This document shows positions 7,365 to 11,410 of a stretch of 11,410 bases of DNA, piece after piece. How positions within the stretch are numbered: the stretch's first letter is position 1; every line of letters begins with the position of its first letter. The notes beneath the pieces were generated by a model. It saw nothing but the letters and a program-made list of their open reading frames with translations, searched no databases and had not been told where the DNA came from. Made by a program: the position numbers and the translations under genes. Source of the stretch: a virus. Taxonomy: Duplodnaviria; Heunggongvirae; Uroviricota; Caudoviricetes. The stretch lies in the IMG/VR virus record IMGVR_UViG_2585427732_000018. One strand, given 5' to 3'.

Positions 7365-8419
7365 TGGCAGGCAAAGCAACGGCACTTAACACTAACCAGC
7401 TTTTCATGTACCTGAATCGCGGGGATATTGCGGATTTTAAATTCAGCCCTCTGTTTACCACGCTGTTTTTCCCGAACGTGGCGACATTCAGCACGCAAAA
7501 CATCATGCTGGATACCCTGGACATTGAAGAAGTCACCATGTCGGCGTTTTGTTCGCCTATGGTGGGTAGCCAGGTTCAGCGCGATAAAGGGTACGAAACC
7601 AGCACAATCAAACCTGGCTACATGAAGCCAAAGCACGAAATCGATCCAACGAAAACCATCATGCGCATGGCTGGAGAAGATCCGGCACAGCTTAACGACC
7701 CTACCTATCGCCGTATGCGCCTGATTACTGGCAACATGCGCCGCCAGATAAACGCCATTAAGGCACGCGTGGAATGGCTGGCGGTGAATGCGGTAACGAC
7801 CGGAAAAAACATCATTGAGGGCGAAGGCATAGAACGCTATGAAATCGACTGGAAAATACCGGAAAACTGCATCATAGAGCAGGCCAAGGGTAAAAAATGG
7901 TCCGAGCAGGATAAAGACATGCACGACCCAATCTATGACATCGAGCTTTATGCTGATCAGGCTGGTTGCCCCGCAAACGTCATGATTATGGGCGCTGAGG
8001 TATGGCGCACATTACGCAGCTTTAAAAAATTCCGTGAGCTGTACGATCTTTCCCGTGGTTCAGAATCCGCCGCCGAACTGGCCTGTAAAAACCTGGGCGA
8101 AGTGGTGAGCTTTAAAGGCTATCTTGGTGATCTGGCCCTTATCGTCTATTCCGGCAAATACACTGACAGCGATGGTACCGAAAAATATTTCCTTGAGCCT
8201 GATTTGCTGGTCCTGGGTAACACCAACAATAAAGGGCTGGTGGCCTATGGTGCGATAATGGATCAGGAAGCGGTAAGAACGGGCGCAACACAAAACATGT
8301 TTTACCCGAAAAACTGGATTGAGGACGGCGATCCGGCGATTGAGTACGTGCAGACACACAGTGCACCGCAGCCGGTACCGGCAGATATTCGCAAATTTGT
8401 TACCGTCAAAATTGGTTAA
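7364..8419 (+). CDS. Major capsid protein, phage lambda gpE-like
   Basis: 351 aa; long colinear matches to lambda gpE as I recall it: DFKFSPLF..LFF; SP.V...V.R.......IKPGYMKPKHEIDP; EDP..L.DP.YRR.R; WSEQDK..HDP..DIE.YA; RGSES....A.K.LGE.VSFKG..GD.A.IVYSG.Y; YPKNW...GDPA.E. GGGGGTGA SD upstream. Confidence 0.9.
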   Translation: MAGKATALNTNQLFMYLNRGDIADFKFSPLFTTLFFPNVATFSTQNIMLDTLDIEEVTMSAFCSPMVGSQVQRDKGYETSTIKPGYMKPKHEIDPTKTIMRMAGEDPAQLNDPTYRRMRLITGNMRRQINAIKARVEWLAVNAVTTGKNIIEGEGIERYEIDWKIPENCIIEQAKGKKWSEQDKDMHDPIYDIELYADQAGCPANVMIMGAEVWRTLRSFKKFRELYDLSRGSESAAELACKNLGEVVSFKGYLGDLALIVYSGKYTDSDGTEKYFLEPDLLVLGNTNNKGLVAYGAIMDQEAVRTGATQNMFYPKNWIEDGDPAIEYVQTHSAPQPVPADIRKFVTVKIG

Positions 8420-8431
8420 CGGGGGAATTCT

Positions 8432-8767
8432 ATGGACACTCCATACATTGAGTTATTTGCAGGCAGTCAGCAGGTATCCACGACGTTGGTACATTTTGCC
8501 GCTGATGCTGGCGTTATTCAGGAATTTACCCCGCTGATGCTGGCAGACAATGGCGAGTTTAAGCCGTGGGATGGTCAGGAATCTGGCAAGGCTGTTTATC
8601 TGACCTCGTACCCTGTGGACACGTCAAAGCAGAAATCAGCACAGTGTTACAAGACGGGGATATTCAATATTGCCGCCGTTAACTGGCCTGAGAGCGTCGA
8701 CACCGATGCGAAAAAATGCGCCGCCTTTGCGGGTTCCGGCGTATCCGTTCAGCCGCTGGCCCGATAA
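8432..8767 (+). CDS. Head decoration protein, phage lambda gpD-like
   Basis: 111 aa, about the size of gpD; conserved TPLMLAD...WDG, YKTG.F, WPES.D.DAKK.AAFAGSG motifs; GGGGGAA SD upstream. Confidence 0.8.
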   Translation: MDTPYIELFAGSQQVSTTLVHFAADAGVIQEFTPLMLADNGEFKPWDGQESGKAVYLTSYPVDTSKQKSAQCYKTGIFNIAAVNWPESVDTDAKKCAAFAGSGVSVQPLAR

Positions 8768-8779
8768 GCAGGGGGAACG

Positions 8780-9193
8780 ATGGCAACGAATGAAAGCATC
8801 ATGACGCTACCGCTGGCGAGTAAATTTAAAGCCGAAGCGCGGGCAATGGCTGACAGAGGTTTATCAACCTACGAGGCCGTATATCAACTCAACAAACTGG
8901 AAGAGCAGGACAAGCCGCGCGCTGATGCGATTATGGCGCTTCATGAGCATAAAGACTATCAGCCGCTGTTGCGTGCAATGGCAAACGTGCCTTGTATCGA
9001 TGTTGATACGGCTAAAAACATCCTGAACATGACCATAGAGCAGGAACGCCCGAAGGTTGCACCAGAGCTTACCGCAGCCTTTGAAAACTTTATGGACATG
9101 CACAGCCCACAAACCGTATCAGCTGGCATGGCATACGATGGCAGAAACCCAGGCGATGACGGCGACATCGATCGCATACTGAAAACCATCTGA
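8780..9193 (+). CDS. Hypothetical protein (137 aa), predicted helical, in the capsid operon
   Basis: Same GGGGGAA SD as the two upstream genes; followed by a terminator. Occupies the position that lambda gpFI holds after gpE, but I see no sequence similarity to gpFI. Confidence 0.6.
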   Translation: MATNESIMTLPLASKFKAEARAMADRGLSTYEAVYQLNKLEEQDKPRADAIMALHEHKDYQPLLRAMANVPCIDVDTAKNILNMTIEQERPKVAPELTAAFENFMDMHSPQTVSAGMAYDGRNPGDDGDIDRILKTI

Positions 9194-9198
9194 GACAA

Positions 9199-9221
9199 GG
9201 CCGGAGAAATCCGGCTTTTTT
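9199..9221 (+). terminator. Rho-independent terminator after the capsid operon
   Basis: GCCGGA-GAAA-TCCGGC hairpin plus TTTTTT; near-identical to the terminator at 6758-6781. Confidence 0.7.
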
Positions 9222-9222
9222 G

Positions 9223-9290
9223 CGGGTCCTTCCTGGAATTATGGCCCGTTACGGGGCGGCGACCTCGCGGTTTTTCGCTATTTATGAGCT
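9223..9290 (+). other. cos site (forward copy): cosN cohesive-end sequence GGGCGGCGACCT at 9254-9265 with lambda-like flanks
   Basis: CCCGTTACG-GGGCGGCGACCT-CGCGGTTTTTCGCTATTTATGA matches the phage lambda cos junction as I recall it; similarity to lambda stops about 30 bp to the right of cosN. Confidence 0.8.
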
Positions 9291-9398
9291 TTTTCAGGGG
9301 GGTGGTGGTGGTTTTGTTGTTTGCTCTATCTTTATGAATGAAAAGGGAAAGATGCAAACAATACACCAACCTGAAGCAGTAATTAAGTTGGTGTATTA

Positions 9399-9941
9399 AT
9401 GAAATCGCACCTGATGAACAAAAAAAACATGGCGAAAAGCTGCCGTGTAAGTGCGACAGCGTTCGACAAGTGGGGAGTGACTCCCGTTGAACGTAAAGGC
9501 CGTGAGGCGTTTTACGATGTTGCCAGCGTGATAGACAATAGGGTTAACAATGCAATTAGCCAGCTTACAAACGACAAAGGCGATATTGATGATGATGAAC
9601 TCTTACGAGTCAGGATCAGATTACTGACAGCACAGGCGGAGGCGCAGGAACTTAAAAACGAGCGCGATCGCGGTGACGTGATTGATACTGAGTTTTGCCT
9701 GTACGCGCTTTCAAAGCTGGCGAGTCAGATTTCATCAATCATGGACAGCCTCCCGCTTACTATGCAAAGGAGCTTCCCACAGATTACCCCCGCCATGCTG
9801 GATAGGCTTAAAAGGGAAGTGGTTAAAGCCTGTAATGCCAGTGCCAGAGTTGCCGACAACCTCCCACAGATACTGGCTGATTACTTGAAAGAAACAACCG
9901 GAAACGTACCGGAAAAGTTGCTACAGAAGAAAGGCGAGTAA
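9399..9941 (+). CDS. Terminase small subunit homologue (lambda Nu1-like); candidate packaging-redirection (Rpp-type) protein
   Basis: 180 aa; C-terminal two thirds (LTAQAEAQELKNERDRGDVIDTEFCLYALSKLASQISSIMDSLPLTMQRSFP) closely parallel lambda Nu1; N-terminal wHTH region is much more diverged. Alternative starts at 9414 and 9429; no strong SD for any. Confidence 0.8.
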   Translation: MKSHLMNKKNMAKSCRVSATAFDKWGVTPVERKGREAFYDVASVIDNRVNNAISQLTNDKGDIDDDELLRVRIRLLTAQAEAQELKNERDRGDVIDTEFCLYALSKLASQISSIMDSLPLTMQRSFPQITPAMLDRLKREVVKACNASARVADNLPQILADYLKETTGNVPEKLLQKKGE

Positions 9942-9964
9942 CAGACGCGCAATTATTGAACAAA

Positions 9965-10163
9965 ACTGAGAAACGACATGAAAGCGTCATAAATCGCCAT
10001 TTTAGATGATTACCGTGTCGTTTCTTTTTATTGTGTATCTATTTAAAAACAAATAGTTATGTTCGAGAAGTACCGACATGCTTTTTCCAGAAAAATTTTC
10101 ATAAACAGATAAAAACCGCGAGGTCGCCGCCCCGTAACGGGCCATAATTCCAGGAAGGACCCG
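9965..10163 (-). other. cos site (inverted copy) with lambda-like cosB architecture; cosN core at 10121-10132 (minus strand)
   Basis: 10111-10163 is the exact reverse complement of 9223-9275 (53 bp). Read on the minus strand, the flank continues with ATCTGTTTATGAAAATTTTTCTGG, an R3-like TCGGTACTTCTCGAACATAACT, an AT-rich TTGTTTTTAAATAGATAC and an inverted repeat AGAAACGACA/TGTCGTTTCT (9969-9978 / 10016-10025), resembling lambda R3-I1-R2-R1. Confidence 0.75.
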
Positions 10164-10196
10164 ACGACACCAGACTATCAGAGCGATGGGGGCACA

Positions 10197-10478
10197 ATGA
10201 CAGAAGCCGAAATACTGGGATTAATCCGCCGTGCTGGTGGAATCAGCCAGCAGACTGACGAACAGGCCACGCAGCCGGACAGCGTGACAGCCGAAAATTA
10301 TGCGCGTGTTGTTGCTGAGGTGATGCGCCGTGATGGTATCCAGCTTAATGATGTGGATATGCGCAACATACGGATCCGCGTTCTTGAAATGCTGGCCTAC
10401 CGTCGCCGCGTGCAGACGTACAGGGAAAAAGCAAAAATTACGTACCACTGGAAGAAGCCGGAGCGGTTACGGCGGTAA
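10197..10478 (+). CDS. Hypothetical protein (93 aa)
   Basis: GGGGG SD upstream; lies between the inverted cos and the right-end repeat array. No family recognised. Confidence 0.5.
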   Translation: MTEAEILGLIRRAGGISQQTDEQATQPDSVTAENYARVVAEVMRRDGIQLNDVDMRNIRIRVLEMLAYRRRVQTYREKAKITYHWKKPERLRR

Positions 10479-10647
10479 CTGGTTGATATTTTCGAAATTC
10501 GCCAGCGGCGAACATCGGGGAAACCAGCCTAACCCGTTGATATTTTCGGGAACCTCAAATTGAGGAGGTCGGAAACATAACCCGTCATATTCTGGATGCT
10601 GATAATTACCACGCAGCCCATTAAGGCCTAACCCGTTGATTCTTCCC
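10477..10647 (+). repeat. Four phased direct repeats (TAACCCGTTGATATTTTCG-like) at about 50 bp spacing
   Basis: Copies at about 10477, 10529, 10577 and 10627; also palindromes TTCGCC-AGC-GGCGAA (10495-10509) and GCGCAA-AA-TTGCGC (10700-10713). Confidence 0.6.
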
Positions 10648-11071
10648 AATTTCCACAGACTGCGGAAATTGGCGCGGTAACTTACTGAGATTAAAGCAAA
10701 GCGCAAAATTGCGCTGGCTGGTGGGCATGATGCCGATATGGTGATCCCCATAACGGAAATATCCACCAGCACGGCAACGGCAGAATAGCCACAACACAGA
10801 AAAACCACGAATATGGGGTTTTTGTTATGGCATGGGCATGATGACCGCCCCTGCTCTGAATGGTGGAAATCACCACGCAGATCATCCACCAGCTTCGTTT
10901 TTATAAATTAAACATCCGGGAAAATCCGACCCTGAATTGTGCATTTTTTCAGCAAATCATTTTAGTTATACGTTTGGTTATACGGTTTAAAAGTTGAATC
11001 ATATACATTATTTTAAATCATGAAGTTACACGCTCAATTAAACTACTCTCGTGCCGACCAAAAATCCCAAG

Positions 11072-11100
11072 AAAACCAACCTATTGCGGTTGGTTTTTTT
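11072..11100. terminator. Bidirectional intrinsic terminator, probably for the convergent flanking gene
   Basis: AAAACCAACC-TATTGC-GGTTGGTTTT with a T-tract on the + strand and an A-tract upstream. Confidence 0.55.
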
Positions 11101-11161
11101 ATATCTGCATTTAATTCGATAAACAGACCGCGACACATCACGGCCTGTTTATTTTCTGTTA

Positions 11162-11410
11162 TCAGAACGTCCAGACCACACCCGCCTGAGTTGTGCTGCT
11201 TTCTTCACGGGAGAAACGGCTGTCGATACCAAGCGTTAGCCCCGTCAATGTTTGCTCAAAGCCAGCGCCTGCATCAGTGGTCACGTTGTTGCGGCTGTTA
11301 ATTGCCGAACTCCACATCGCCGTATCGTAATTAACGCCTTTTACGCTACCAAGACGCCCACGCACGGTGTCCAGTTCTGCATCAAATACCAGCGGTTGTG
11401 CTGCCGCCAT
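11162..11410 (-). CDS. 3' end of a flanking gene (partial, continues beyond the window); possibly an outer-membrane beta-barrel protein
   Basis: Open to the window edge; C-terminus ...TTQAGVVWTF ends with an aromatic-x-Phe pattern common in outer-membrane beta-barrels. Weak inference only. Confidence 0.35.
   Translation of the reverse strand: MAAAQPLVFDAELDTVRGRLGSVKGVNYDTAMWSSAINSRNNVTTDAGAGFEQTLTGLTLGIDSRFSREESSTTQAGVVWTF

Larger units (their letters stand above)
1..10900. mobile_element. PICI-like phage satellite (integrase, alpA, primase, iteron ori, capsid module, cos, terS); left att outside window, right boundary approximate
   Basis: Gene content and order (int - alpA - regulator - primase - ori - packaging genes), nearly all genes on + strand, ~11 kb size, lambda-type cosN present. 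No att repeat can be defined because the left flank is not in the window. Confidence 0.75.

Noticed and set aside
7349-7924. 191 aa minus-strand ORF
   Set aside because: Antisense to the major capsid gene, which has strong homology support; no SD or family signal.
10467-10889. 140 aa minus-strand ORF over the right-end repeat array
   Set aside because: Overlaps the phased direct repeats and palindromes; Cys/Pro-rich composition looks non-coding; no start context.
1-11410. Interpretation as a decayed lambdoid prophage remnant
   Set aside because: Integrase, AlpA, Icd-like genes and the primase are P4/PICI-type rather than lambdoid; genes are tightly packed and intact with conserved SDs and terminators, arguing for a functional satellite rather than a remnant. 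Cannot be fully excluded without the flanks.
1-11410. CRISPR arrays, tRNA/rRNA genes, toxin-antitoxin pairs or known defence-system signatures
   Set aside because: No regularly spaced repeat-spacer array, no tRNA-like cloverleaf sequence (checked the right end for tRNA 3'-end motifs), and no ORF with recognisable nuclease, toxin or large ATPase defence hallmarks other than the primase.

Overview
The window reads as a compact phage satellite of the PICI / P4-like type from an enterobacterial genome, with its left end at or before position 1 and its right end somewhere around 10.5-11.0 kb. In order it carries: a P4-type tyrosine integrase, an AlpA-family regulator, a divergent ribbon-helix-helix regulator with a palindromic operator, a rightward operon with two Icd-like small genes and a P4-alpha-type primase, an iteron origin, and an SSB-like gene. 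A morphogenesis module follows, with homologues of lambda major capsid protein gpE and decoration protein gpD but no portal, protease, scaffold or large terminase. A Nu1-like small terminase gene is flanked by two inverted copies of a lambda-type cosN (GGGCGGCGACCT). The last 250 bp is the 3' end of a convergent flanking gene. The two observations I rate highest are the self-encoded capsid shell genes without the rest of a head module, and the inverted cos pair in which only the downstream copy keeps a lambda-like cosB. All homology calls come from reading the translations and from my recollection of lambda sequences; no database search was run. No tRNA, rRNA or CRISPR array was found.
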